Part shown: piece by piece, positions 1 to 13,534 of the stretch
How the letters are laid out: each line of letters begins with the position of its first letter
Numbering within the stretch: the stretch's first letter is position 1
Source of the DNA: Chlorokybus atmophyticus
Lineage: Eukaryota; Plantae; Mesostigma and Chlorokybus algae
Reading direction: 5' to 3'
Length of the DNA: 64,000 bases
Assembly (NCBI GenBank): GCA_009103225.1
Contig: RHPI01001737.1
Span: 62,001-126,000 of the forward strand
Notes under the pieces: generated by a model
What the model was told of the DNA's origin: nothing
Databases searched by the model: none
Seen by the model: the letters and a program-made list of their open reading frames with translations, nothing else
Translations under genes and position numbers: made by a program

Positions 1-2557
1 GTGCACACACAGACAGCCAACACAGCTGTATTACCTCCATCTCTAGCTGTGATGCCGCAGCTGCCAACTGTTCGCCAAAGTTCTCCACTAGTGTTGCTTG
101 TGTGGTGCGATCCACTACAATTGCAACCCAGTTTCTGACAGGCTTGCCGGGTTGAATCACTCCCTTGCCGAACATGCTCCAGCTACCAGGCTTTTGAGAG
201 ACCTGGCTGTGACTGTACTGCAGCTGAGGAGGACGCAACACGCGAGCGTTGACCTCCAGCATGTTTGGGTTTACATATACGCCAAACTGCCGCGTGTATC
301 GGTCTGTTTCAAACCGACACTCTCGCACTGTCCTGTCTATGTCTTGCTTGCGCTGGTCTGGTCTCTGCTTCTGCACTTTGAGCATCTCGGCAACCTGCGC
401 ATACAAGTCCGCTTTGACTAAATCTCCCTTAAGACAAGTTGAAGCACAGCAAATGCTTAGCATGAAGGCTGAGTTGCAGGTCTACAAACTCAATGTCAAT
501 CACCTGTCTGGCAGACAGTCTGCCAATATGGCGTTGACCAGCCACGACTTTCAAAACCTGCAAGGGGTACAAGTTGCACCACATGAGCAACCGACCTCAT
601 CGCGAGTGTGTGCGCGCGCGCGCACGTGCGTTTGTGTGTGTGATTTGGCATGTGCACACGATATCACCTCAAGCGGATAGTATTGTGGATTGGCATTGAG
701 TCCCCGAGCTGCATTGGCACATGGCAACTTGGGGTACTTCAGGTCGAGGTTGTAAGTTTTGGAGAAGTATTCCGCCACGGTGCAGGTCCTCTGGACTCCA
801 TTGACATTCAAGACAAACCTGCAAGCATGACGCTCTGTCACAGATGTAAGCTCTCTGCTTGTAACACACAAATGTCGAATAGGTTGTCACGTACGTTTGA
901 TTGTCGGCTGAGTTCGGTGAGAGGCCAGCAATGCGAAATCTACGCTTGATCAGCCCTTGATGCGTGGTTCCCACCTGGACGTTGCACAGGAAATCTTGAA
1001 CGTGCAAGGCATCGCTCCCTTGAATCCCCTTGCGGAGGCTTGCAATTCTGTAGTCCAGAAACTCTGCCACGGCCTCCACCACACCCTGTTCTTTGTAAAC
1101 AGCTGTCGCGGACATATCTGCACAAAGCTAACAAGTTAGATCTCTGGCTTAAATAGGGGCTAAAAGTTACAGAGCTTGGTTGATGTACCACAGAACCAAG
1201 CAACGCTTACCGAGATTGAACGCCAAGCCAGCCTGCACTGGCCGCAAGGACTGGAAGTAGCCGCGACTGTAGCACAAACCGTTGCCTAGAGATCCAAAGC
1301 CAAAGCTTTGGTGGAAGAACAAGGAGCGGCCAAACGACCAGTACTTCTGAGCGGCAGTCATGCGCATCTTCAAATAAGACTCCATGTCAGCTTAGCAATC
1401 AACACGCTCAACATTACATGCAGCGTTGCTACCACCAACTCACCGCAAGGTAGAGACCTTGTAATGCAGGCTGTGGAACATCAGGTCGCTGACCGCGCAG
1501 GTACTCGTCAAGGGCATACATGTTGATTGCAGCAACAAGCTTCAGAGTCACGGTGTACCGCAGTGCGCTCCTGCAGGTAGCAAACTATCAGGAGAGTTCA
1601 TCAATGGACAGCAATCTTAGTTGATGATTGCGAAGCGGGTTCCATTGTGTCACTTACACTTGCTCTGAAGTTGCCGGAATGTCGACCCTCAGCATCAGAG
1701 GAGAAGGTATTGCCTGTGCAGTGTACACGTTGCGGTATCCATCAAAAGCCAACATTGTGTCATCGGCAACCTTTCGGTAGTCGCTGGAGTCCTGCAAGAC
1801 CTGCGCACAGTCACACTGGTCAACTGCACTAGAAGATCGCTGAGCCTTCACCCTACATCATGACGCCTGTATCCGTAGGTGAGTCCAACCTGCACAATTG
1901 CACGCAGCAGCGCCCTGTTGCTAACGCTTCTCTCAACCGGGCCCGCCGCAGCAACAGACACCTGCAAGATAGGCAGAGTACCACACGCTCGTTGTTTGTA
2001 TCCACTCCTCAGTACTCAAGAACCAATTACTTTGCTTAAATTACTACTTTACTTGAACACAACCTAGTCCGTGCAAAGCCTTACGTCGTACTGGTAGACG
2101 GTGCTGTTGGCAATCAGCTCTGCACGGTAGAAGTTTGCAAAGACTTTGATGCTTCTGCCCAGCTTGCCAAACTCGGGCCGTTTTGAGCGCTGTTCCCACA
2201 AAGCCTCTGCCTCCTGCGCAACGTGGTACACGGCTGGTAGTGCACACCATGCAAGTTTTTCGTTTATACGACAACTCGCAGTATAACTTGCTGTAAACGG
2301 CGCATGCCTTGCTGCAACTCTCACAAGCTTGTAAAGCAACCAAGGCAGAGAGTAGTACACAGCAGCATGTTTGCTGAGACACACAGCAACAATCGTGTCA
2401 TACACACCTTGGCTTCGTCATTCTGGTCGGTTGATGAGGACGCTTGTGCTGCATCCACGCCTACGGACTGCCCGGTGGATGTGAGGGGCAATGCTTGAGG
2501 TTGTGCCCAAGTCTGCCCAATTGATCTCTTAGGAGGACTGACTGCTGTTGTACACAT
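1..2557 (-). CDS. AGO: Argonaute, N-terminal half (ArgoN, L1, PAZ, L2, start of MID); multi-exon, runs off the left edge; start codon uncertain
   Basis: Exon peptides: RPEFGKLGRSIKVFANFY...VYQYDV (2064-2250); LAFDGYRNVYT (~1730); GRSLFF...RGYFQSLRPVQAGLAFNL (1210-1330); FRIAGLSPNSADNQT and TVAEYFSKTYNLDLKYPKLPC...YYPLEV (PAZ, 669-960); manually read VNARVLRPPQLQY (~215-255). GT-AG introns separate them. Confidence 0.92.
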
Positions 2558-5363
2558 GGCTTAAACGTAACGAGACCAATGTCAACACACAGTGGGTGAC
2601 CCCTTTACATGAAGGTCAACAATTGCAAGAGAAAGCTTGAATATGAGCAATCCATTGGCAGTCGTGTCAGCAATAAGACAGCTGCAGCTGTGTCGTGTGG
2701 TAATGTCTGTGAAACTGTGCTGAAACCATATGTACATGTTAAGTAACGTCAGTATGCCTACTGGCGCAAAGCCTACCTGAGACCGAGGAGTCCACCGTCT
2801 TTTCATTGTTGCCAGGCGCCGGTTTGGGTCAGCTGTCCAGCAGCAGAGTATTACCTACGGTAGCGCTGAGTACGCTGCTACAAACTGCACTTCACCATCC
2901 TTGACTTCTTGAAACGATGGATGCCATGCTTCATGCAACAACCAGTTGACCAACGCTAGCTGCGAGCTGCTAGCCAGCAGCAGGCCATCCGCAACGAACA
3001 CATCAACATCTCCGCCTCCGCCACCCTCGACACCCTGAGAGAGAAAGTGTCACTTTGCTAGCCTGGCGTATATCCTTGGCTTGCTGCCGTCACTTCCAAA
3101 CAGCCTGCTGCTTAGCGCCACATGCATGCAAAACAGGCGCTGCTCGCAAGCTTCTTGCAAGCGCTGTGCGTACGTTCTACGCGTTGCACGCATTGCGTAC
3201 AATGCATGCACAAGTTAAGAGTTACGCAGCTAAAGTTAAGCAGCTTAACCCCTAACTCAAGTCTGGCTGCAGGCATGGATTGTAGTTTGCCACGAAATGT
3301 TGGTACCTAATTTAAATCAAACTGTACCAACATCTATTGCTGCCCCAAATAACGGACCACCAACAATGCCAATGACATGATGCCATCACTGAACATATTA
3401 TCACACATTTGATGCATCGTAATATTCAATAATCATGTAATGCGAGTTGTACTTAATGCAGTTTTATATGCAATGCATCAAATATAATTGCATTAAATGG
3501 AATTAAATTCAACATGATAAGATTAGTGGTTTGCAATAAGCAAAATGCAAGTTGCGTTGTACACAAAACACAAGATACCAAAAGCGCTATATGACTTATG
3601 GAGATTGCAAGGCGAAGCTTAGCCAAGTAGGAAGCGACATCAAAGCCCGCGTAGCACTAAATGGCGTTAATGTGATAAAATGCATATACCTTAAATGTTA
3701 TCATTTTATTGTTTCAATGTATTGCACTTCGTGGTTTACTCACGACAAGAGCTCAACATCTCACTGTGGTGAGCCACGTGTCAACACAAAACAACCACAT
3801 GTAAGTTCAAAGATTATTGCGTGATCATATTTTAAAATATAAGTTCCGCACGCATGCAATGTTTTGTAATATATGCACATTGGTACCAGTAATCCATGAC
3901 ATATGTCAAGAATTTTTACGAGTGTGCATGTATGACATGCTGGTGATGCTATTCAAAAATTCCACATTTGTGTATTTTTATCACGACATTGATTGTTAAC
4001 ATGGTACTCTTAATAAGTGCATGTAATTTGCAACTTGTGATGCATGAACACCTTCCCTGCTGCAACATGATGCAAGAAGCCTCGCCGAATTTATGTGCTC
4101 AAGTCATGAGTCGACATTGTCTATTGAAAATGACTATTATACGTTTTGCATGTATCTTACATGTGGCACTACAAGTGTAAAAATACATAATACAAAGCAA
4201 GGTAGTGTGGCAATGCCGCTTAATGCATTAGCTACGTAACTAGGAGAGCTCTGTATACACATGCATTGATAAGTTTCAGTCTGAAGTTGTTGTATGATGG
4301 GCCATCATTATGGCTCATTTGAGCCACACAGCTAGTGTTTCATTGGCAACAGCACTGCTGTCATAAGCCCATGATTCAAGGGTCTGGAACATGCTGGCCT
4401 TGCACCTGTAGGACCTAATGGAACTAACTCATTCCGATGTCTTGACCAGCAAATTTGAGCTTGAACGTTTATGGCTGAGCGTGCGAATTCACTCGGGTGT
4501 GCACAAGCGGCGGCAGTAGGGGCGGGCACCTGAGCTGGTTGCCCTGACTGGATCAGCGCTCAAGGAGGCGTTCAAGTAGCCGTCAGTGTGTACATACAGT
4601 CACTCTAGTTGTACAAGCACGCTGTTGCCCATGATTTCAGGAAATGTTGCTCTGCGCATACAACTGTGCTTTCGGCTCTCACTGACTGCCATGCAATAGC
4701 CTGCTGGAGCTGGTTGTTCAGCTGATATTGGCTGGAGCGCAACTCTGTTGAGCATGTATGTACATGAAATTAAAGAAGCGTATATTTTAAACTGTTTGGG
4801 GTTTGCCTGTACTATCAACCGACCTGGGTGCTAGAGCAGAATGAGTTGGACGTACAACACTATCATCAAGTACACCTAGGCCACAACCGTATGCAAGTGA
4901 CACGGTGGGTTTTATATTTTCAACAACAGGACTGCGCATGCAAGACTTGTTCGTAGAACACAATCACCAAGCCAAGCGTCAAGATAGACCACACCTTCCA
5001 CATGCACACCAGATTACAAGCAGCTTCCAGCAACAGCAGCGCTGCTTACAAGCACCATACCAGACAAAATAGTCAATATAACCACTCACACTCACCGTCT
5101 ACCTATCAGTGTCATCGCTCGTCTACAAGTCCAGCCCTACTCAACTGCTCATCCAACTACCTGTCTACTGCCAAAATGTGGTCTGTCACAATTGCTATCA
5201 GCTGACTGGTTTATCCAGCTCAGTCCAACAACCTGTGGAAACAAACCCTACAACACAATGGTTACATTCTGCTACAGCTGCTACTGCCGCATATAGCCTT
5301 GCATTAATCCATACGTACCAACATAGCTGCCTAGGGTAAGTAGGCTAGGGCACTGTGCAGTTG

Positions 5364-8300
5364 TCACAAGATCTCGCCAACCAGTGGCCTGAAGGAGGTG
5401 CCCGCAAGGCATGCGGCATCGGCTTGAATAGAGAACTCCATGTCGAAGGTTATGTACGGGGCCCCAAAGGCGTATGCATGCACCTCCACAGCCAACACCT
5501 GCCAAACAGGTGCGCACGTGAAGCTTTTCTTCTGTGCATAGTATGGAACTCGAGTGAAAACATGAGATTAAGACATACCTGAGGACCATCAGCTTTGATG
5601 AGGCCCGGTGCGAGAGTGTACGACACGAAGTGGTCACCATTGCCGGGGTTTAGCGCAAATGTGCTGGCGTCGCTGTTGGCGGGCATGTTGACGCGCAACG
5701 CTTGGATGCCATTCAGGTACAGAACCTGAAGGAAGCATTCGCACAGCGACAGAAGTGGCTGCAAGGGCAAATGAGTTGCGAACTGGCACTTACGAAGCTG
5801 TCGAATATGCGAATGTTGGCCCGGTACGTGTGAGCGCATTGGGTACCGGTCAGCGTGAATGTTTTGCGGAAGTATGTAGTGGTCAAGTGCGCGCGAGACA
5901 CGATGGTCTGGTCCGCTGTGGGAAACCGATTGTAGAATCCAAGTGGAGACATGCCTGCACAAGTGAGGTGGTTGGTAATCAAAACATTAAGTCCCTTGTT
6001 TGGGGCATAATTGAAAGCTAGTTGAACTTGTCATAGTCAGCTCACTCACCGACAGACCAACTGGAGTCATCATACGATGGGTCCATCCAGTTGGCCGCTG
6101 GCTGGCCGTCGTCTTTGTAGCTCCAGGCGCTGTACGTCTTGAACACACTCAGGCGACCAGTGCTGGCAAGCAGGTTGGAGAGTGAGTTGACAAACACAAC
6201 ACGCATGCTTGAGATCCCTGCATGCATGTATGCATATATTTCGTGTGATCAAACGTACATAAGGTGCATAGCATTGCAGCAGTGGCTCACCTTTGCACAC
6301 ACAGTGAGTTGGTGCAGGTGGCCGCAACTGTGGCGGTAACGGCGGTCGCCAGCTGGAGGTTGTTGTACTGAGTGATTTTGTGCATTTCCACTGCGAGGCG
6401 GTTGGTGCCGGGCTTGAGCAGCGACGACATGCTGCTGGTGGTTGGGAGCAGGGTCATGTTGATGAGCTTGACAGTACCGGAGTTGTACGTGGGGTTGTTG
6501 ACGGTGGCCCACGTGGTGATGCCAACATTGCCATCGGGCATGTTGAGCCGCACAAGCTCAACACCGTTGAGCCACACCACGGCACCCTGCTGGACAAGAA
6601 CCTGGACATCCAGGGAGGTGATGACAGCACCCGCCGCGCTGTTCACCACAAAGTTCTTGATGAAGTAACCTGTGGGGGACACGTCTCCACCGAGAAAAAC
6701 TTGTCTCATTTGCGTGACCGCTGGGTAAGGCGGGCTAGCGGACGTGGCTATTGGCGCGGGCCCGCTCTCCCATCCCGCCGAGTCCGGCGAAAATGTGGAG
6801 ACGGACTGCCAGTCCGGGACGTCTTCGTTGATGTGCTGATAGTACCATGTAGACTTGAGGGGGACCAGCGCAACTTGTGTTGTATCGGACAGCGCGCGGC
6901 AGGCGCCCTGGTAGCACACCTCACTGTTTGCGCAATCCATGTAGGTTGGGGAGCCGGCAGCTGGCACATCGATGGCGCCGTCGCAGTCGTTGTCTATCCC
7001 ATCGCAGATTTCTACTGCTGGGGATTGTGCGTCGCATGCCAGATACGTGCCATACCTACAGATCTGCTCGTGTGCACGCACGCGTGTCAGTGCGAATATA
7101 TGCATGCACATGGGTGTGTGTGCGTGTGAGTGACCCTATCCACAAGATCAGTTCAGGACAGGACAGCTCGGCCGTCTCACCTGCACGCCGTCGTTGCACC
7201 CAACTTTGCACGGCAGCATTAGAGGGAGGGTTGTACCGGGCTGGTTGTCAATTTTGCCTACCAGATTGGAACAGGCAAGAAGATAGCAGCATTTATTGGC
7301 ATGCTGTTCAACTCATTATAAAACAGAAAACAAAAAGCCAAAACCCAATACACACACACAACTGCATGTGATGCAGTACTAGCGCACCATCCTGGTCGTC
7401 ATCTATGTTGTTACAGGTCTCGTTCACCCATCTCGCAAGGGGCACAACACTTGGTGGCGCCAAGGACGAGGTGGAGACTTGGAAGTAAACCACAATGCGT
7501 GTGGAGGTGACCAGAGACCCTGGGCGCACGATGATGTTGACGACGGCGGCGTTGGAGTCTTCTGGCAGGTCCGGGCTCAGGTCCAGAGGGGTGGGGTCAG
7601 CGGTGATGACGGAAAAGGTGGCATCTGCGGGGGAGAGTATTTGTCCTATCAGCACAATGTTGTCGTCTCCTTGTGTGAGCTGCACGCTGCGGCCGTCGCG
7701 CGCCACCTGCACGGAGGCCCTCGTGTGGAACATCGACACAATGTCCACGCCAGGCGCATTCGCCACAATCTCGTCCTGGATGAACATTGCGCCACCTCCG
7801 CCAGACACATCGTTGAGGAGCATCACACCACGCATGACAGATGTTGCGTTGGGATACGCATCGGAGAGGTCCATGATGGCCTGTGAGCGCGTGTCATCCG
7901 AGTAAGTTGTGGTGATTGGCGCTGTAACGAGCAGCGGCTGGTTGTTGAAGTATAGCGGCTGCTGCTTTGTTGTGCTGATGGCCAACGTGTTGTGTCCTTC
8001 CGTCCGAGCGCGATAGAAAGTGTAGCGAGTATCCTCCCTGAAGTAGTTTGGAATGTCATAGTCGTCGCTGCCGAGATCAATGAGCCAACGCTCGCCGTTG
8101 GTCTCAAATATGACTGAACCCAAGTCCAAGTGCTGCAAGGAGTTCAATCGTGTCAGTGAGGTTTGGCGCATTGACCGCATTGACATGGAGAGTTGAATAT
8201 GACTTGAATGGTGTCTTGTGTGTGCGTGCGCTTGCGCGTGTTGCGCATGCGTATGTGCACGCACGCAGCAGCGCCTTGTTATTAAGTGTTCAGGCTAACC

Positions 8301-10529
8301 TGGTGTGAGGTGAAGTGGTCGGGCGCCTGGCCCGCGCGCATGAACAGGTATCCCGCATTGGAGTCCTGCCACGCTGTCTGGAAGGACACCGTGTCCACTC
8401 TGTAACCCGCATTGTGGCCGGCGAGGGGTGGGAACTTGTCTATATCGAGGCCAGGGCCCCACTGCCAGTTGGAGATGCTTCCCAGCCAGAGTATGCGCCA
8501 CACGCTGCCCGTCCGCCCCAACACGCGCTCTTGCTCGGCCAGGAACTTGTCGTTGAAGCGCTTCGCTGCGTACATTGTCCATTGGCTGGACAGAACAGGC
8601 TCCTGCGCATCTGTCACATTCCAAGGTTGTGAGCTTGTGATCAGACGAAGTACAGGTCAGTCTGCACACGCAGAGTTGTCTTGATTAATGTTTACCTGCG
8701 AAGTTGGCATTCAGGCCTACTGGGGAGAGGGTGTATATGCGGTAGTAGGCGGCGGCATACATGGCAGTGCCATCGCCAAGGATGCCAAAGTCGGTGCCGA
8801 GTGCGGCCTCAAGTGATGACACTGCGAACGCCATGCTCATGCCTGTGTTCGCCAGGTACGTTGTGCCCTCCGTCCACGCCCCGCTCGGATGATACATCAG
8901 CGTCGTCCTCCACACCGACACCAAAGCCCTTCTTAAGATCTGTCCGGTAGAGGTCAAAGCGTTATGGAATGCGTGTGCATTGTGATATTGAGCATTACCA
9001 ACCATACATCATGAATAACATCAAGTACTTACCTGTTCGCAAAGAACAGGATCACGTTCTGCAAATGCAAGAGCAGCCATGACCCAGCCGTACAGGGCAT
9101 TGACACCAATGTTGTTGTTAAGCTGGGCGAGGAAGTCAATGTTGGGCAGTCTGTAGTTGTCTGTTTGCAGAGAAGGCAGGAAGGCCTTGTTGAGGACAGC
9201 ATTCCACATCGCCTGTTAGGTGCGCCACAACATCAGCACATGCAAATATGAGAGCGCTCAACCACTGACGCTTACCGTCTTGTCATTGCTGGAGAGATAG
9301 CCGTTCAGCCAGTCATAAGCATACGAAAGAGCCGCCAGGTACTGTCCAGCTGTCATGTACCCAGGCGAAGGCTTAGCACCAGCTGTCCAGGTATTGTTAT
9401 CCAACGTTGTTATGTACAACGCATAAGCTCGCGCCTTTGCTGCAAGATTTCTGTCGCCATTGATCTGCACACAACACATCAGCGTCACACAATCTCCCTG
9501 TTTCATTGTTCTTTCACTCACTCACCAGGTAAGCGCCGGCCATGATGGCGATGCGGTCCAGGAAGTTGCGCGAACTCAGATCGGTGTTAAGCGTGCCATC
9601 AGATGCAAGCGCGTAGGTGTCGTCGAAGTTGGAGCTGCATATACCTGGCAGCATGCTCTGTGCGGAGTTGGCGGGATCGCACGATGCGCGGACTATCGGC
9701 AGTGTGTCTATGTTCACTATCAGGCGTGGATGCGTACTCCTCAACGTCGCCAACAAATTGCTTGTCGGCAGTGGCGTCCGGCAGTCTACTGCTCCAACAG
9801 GTGTGTAACACTGATCGCGTCCGCTCCATGTTGGATTCGTATTGACAGACAACTGGCAGAGGTAAACTTACATTCAGTTGATGGAACAGCAGGAAGCTGC
9901 AGTGCGCTTGGCATGCATGCATGCCAAGCGCACTTATATACATAACAACCACAGCTGCATGTATCATATCACAATGCATTGGTATTATGACATGTACGGT
10001 GCCTGCGTGTCACTGATACGCATACTATGCATGAGTTGTGTACATGCGCATGTACGCGCCAACCCATGTGCGCGCATGTGCCCGTGCATATGCCTGTGCA
10101 TGCGCGTCATACGTATACATACTCATCATGCATGCAGTGCACATGTTTGCTACTCACCGCTGGCATGGTGTAGTCTTTGCTGCAGGGAGTGATGCCCATG
10201 TACACCGTGCAGTTATCACCGGGTGCGGGTCGGTACGCTTGGACCTGGCACCCGAAGAGGGTCCTGCCGACAGCCTGAGCAAACTCCACGGACGGAAGCG
10301 ACGCTTGCCACATCCCGTCTTGGTCTGTCATCGGCCACCGCTGCACTAGCAAGCTCCCGTCCAAGGCGGTGCATGTGATCTTCATCGCCGCCCCTGCGAT
10401 GGGATACGTCACGCCGCCGTCCTCGGCAGACAGACACGTGTCGCACACCACCCGGCCTGATGCGAGTATCATCTGCGCGGCTGCGGGCTGCAGGAGCAAT
10501 GCCACCAATGCCAGCAGAGACAGTGCCAT
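5364..10529 (-). CDS. Secreted multidomain protein: signal peptide, PAC/Pollen Ole e 1-like Cys domain, heparinase II/III-like polysaccharide lyase, two CxxxD(N/D)DxDG motifs, two bacterial-type beta-sandwich domains; multi-exon
   Basis: MALSLLALVALLLQPAAAQ signal peptide; GRVVCDTC...YPIAGAAMKITC...TDQDG; lyase-like HPRL, GAWTEGTTY, HQ|HLDLGSVIFETNGERWLIDLGSDDY...YRARTEGHNTL; ETCNNIDDDQDG and EICDGIDNDCDGAID; two copies of W.Y...W.....DSSW / YF.K.F / V.LNG....R.NMP / LAVE(M/V)H. Stop TGA at 5364-5366 after PLVGEIL. Confidence 0.8.
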
Positions 10530-11311
10530 CTTGATCTGCTTCAGACAGACAGGTTTGGAGCCCAGTCAGCAAACAAAAGCACATTGCATAGGAACATCCT
10601 TGTTTGTGCAATGCAACCAAATGTTGGGTAAGCATACCTGTTGTTTCATGCTTGTGCACCGATCACTGCTCCCTCCCCTTAGGATTCAATGAAGGGAAGC
10701 AATGCTGCATCTTCGTCGTAGTGAAGCTGCTCACAGGTTTGGTATGAGAGAGGACTGGCAGCATGAAGACGGATATTGTGTAATACAGCTTGTGTCGTGC
10801 TGAGGCTGGCTAACAAAACGTGGCAAACTGATGCAGTGTCACAAATGCGTAGCGTAGCACCATGTATTATGTACTATTGCCCAAACAGAACTCTACGTAT
10901 GGGTAAGACTATCTCCTCAGCTACACATCAAACGGAGAACGAACCAACAGTCGCAACTGAGCATTGCATTGCAACATTCCAGCTAAGCATTGCATGTGCA
11001 ATAGTATTGCAAGGCAGAGGGCTGTCAAGCTGGCGTCCGCATTTTGCCACTTACTCTGGTTGTATGCATGCGCAGGAGTGGCATGGAGACGCACTTGGAG
11101 TTAACGCCTCTGCCTCCGCCTCAGTTGCCAGGTGGTGCACGGCTAGCGTTGTACTCAAAATTGCAGCACAAGGAGAACCGCCTGCTTGCAATGCAGGTGC
11201 GTTGTTTCCGGCCTTGTAGTCTTTGTGGTGTTTTCTGCCCAGTGGCACACACAATTGCATACATCCTGCATCCAGTAGGGGCGTCTATACCTGTCCCTTT
11301 AGTCTAGGCCA

Positions 11312-11349
11312 CTCTGCTGCCCTCTACAGCCCTGTAGAGGGCAGCAGAG
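11312..11349. repeat. Perfect inverted repeat (18-bp arms, 2-nt loop)
   Basis: ctctgctgccctctacag-cc-ctgtagagggcagcagag. Confidence 0.95.
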
Positions 11350-13534
11350 AGGCGTGACCTACTGCGTGGTGAGTTGTCGTGTGTATCTTAGGGTGTTGTG
11401 CGCACCACTCTTCCTCTCACAGTCTCTGACTCCGCTCAATGAATGACATTGTTGGTGGAGTCACGCAGCTAACGCACTCACGTGCGGACACAACAACACG
11501 TGCATTTCAGTGAGTGTGTCGGCTAGTGGCGTAAGAGGTACACAGTACAGTGTAGTCTGCTGTCTGTTGCTCCATCTAGTGGGGATTGCGTACATGCAGC
11601 ATGTGCATCGGTCCAGGCGTGCAAGGAGGCTGCGCCTGGTGGCAGTCACCCAGCAAGCGGCCTATGTACATAGTACCATGACACTGTTTATCCTGTTTGC
11701 CCCCTACAGCAGAGGGGTACATAGAGTACACACAGTACACCATAAATTCGTCCATCCTATGCATCCTTTGAAAGAGGGAAACCCAGGGTACAAAGAGTAC
11801 ATGATACATTGTGTACTTTGTACAGTGTGAGGATGGATGCATGTCACATCACATCTGTGTAGGCTGCTGTGAGTCTCCGTTCACGTTTGGTAGAGATACT
11901 GGTATTGGTAAGTAGCAACAGTGGACTGTCACATCAACTAGGCTTAGGAGCCGAAGCTGAGCAGGGCCTCCAACTTGGAGGGCCTCAGGTTCTCAAGTGA
12001 TGTGACAGCCCTGTCGCTTATGGCTGTCACTACAATGAGTGCTCAGCAATCAGTATGGCTGTCTCGTTGGCAAACCGCTAGGCGGAAGTTTAGAGGCACG
12101 AATTGGCCTGATGACTTAGCCCACATAGGTCAGGTGATGTGACTGGACCCCATACAAAGCCCTGTTGAGACATAGATTTGAGTTGGTTGGTTGTCACACC
12201 CCTCTCCTGCTTATTCTCACGTGCGTAGCGCAGTTCAACTGCAGTACAAAGGCGTGAAGGGTCCTGTCCTTGCTGCTCTCGGAGCGCCTGTGTCAAGTCC
12301 TCAGCCTGTTACGGATACCAGTTTGGCTCTCAGGCAAGGTGTTTTGCTAACTTGTGTCACAATCCAATTGACAAGTTCATAAAACATGTACCTCCAGGCC
12401 AGCCTTAAGGAGGCTCCGCATATTTGGCCTCTGCAATTGTGGCTCAGATATTTGGCTGAGCTTTCCCAGGCACAGTTGTTGGGTGGTCTTGGAAAAATCA
12501 GCCAAATGGTTGGGCCATCATGGCATACTAAGATAGTCAGTTTGCTATGAAGTTTGGCTTACATTGTGGTGTGTGACAGAGGCTCGCAGTTATCTGGAGC
12601 GATTGGGTCAGTGACACGTGCTCCCGGGATTCATCAACTTTCATTTTCACAGCACTTACGTTTGGAATTGAGTTTTACTCCGGAAGTTTGTCCCTGCAGT
12701 GATTGTGGTACAATCGTACAGGGATTTCTTAGACCAGAAAGCTTTGGTAAGATGTTTAGTAACAGGGCTCTATCCATCTTTGGTGATCTGACTGCCTGTA
12801 GAATTTATTTTTCCTCCCCGACTTGCTGAGCACCATGTTTGCAGTGCAATGTGAGTCTGGCAGAACTTCGACACGACAAAAAGATTTAAAAGCAACACAC
12901 AGCATCAGAGCAAGTTTTGAGCAGGGAGGCTCTAAGACCCGCCTTTCTTGAGACTATCACGACATGGACTTATGCTCACAACTGTCATGTGTGCAAACAA
13001 TTAGGCAAATGAACAGCATGAGTTGGGTTGCTGTAGAGCGGCAAGCATGTGGAACTTATGGATGCAGGCCTAGTTCAACAAATGCGGCGCCATGGGTTAA
13101 ATCAATTCCTTGCTGTTTGACAGATAAGGCCACCATGTTGCAAATGCAATACTGGGTGCAGGTGATCAAGCCAATATGCGCAATGGTTGCATTGATGTTA
13201 TGACGCAGCAGAGGTACACATAGTAGGTGCACATCTCTTGCAGCTGCAAAGGAGCGCAGATGGTGACGTGCATGAAAAGTGCAGTGCCTCCCATAAGCAT
13301 AAGCATGGAGTGGAAAGTTGGCCAAAACCGGCAGAGTCCAGGCAAGCTCATGGCATGAGTTGCCGTGAAAGTCACCTGACGTGAGTGTCTGCGTGCTTAC
13401 CCACTACAAAGCTACAACTCTACACCGCGCTGGTGCCCAGCTACTGTATTGTGCTCACACAATTTAGTAGCGCACCGCAAGTTGAAGAACAAATAAATCT
13501 GCTGCTGGCTGTACACTGTGAATCAGCTGCCTAC

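Noticed and set aside
6372-8107. Long plus-strand ORFs opposite the lyase exons
   Set aside because: Antisense shadows of GC-rich coding exons, with no recognisable motifs.
11927-12007. 81-bp TG...CA solo LTR with 10-bp terminal inverted repeats
   Set aside because: The flanks (tggac / gccct) give no TSD; kept only as a motif observation.
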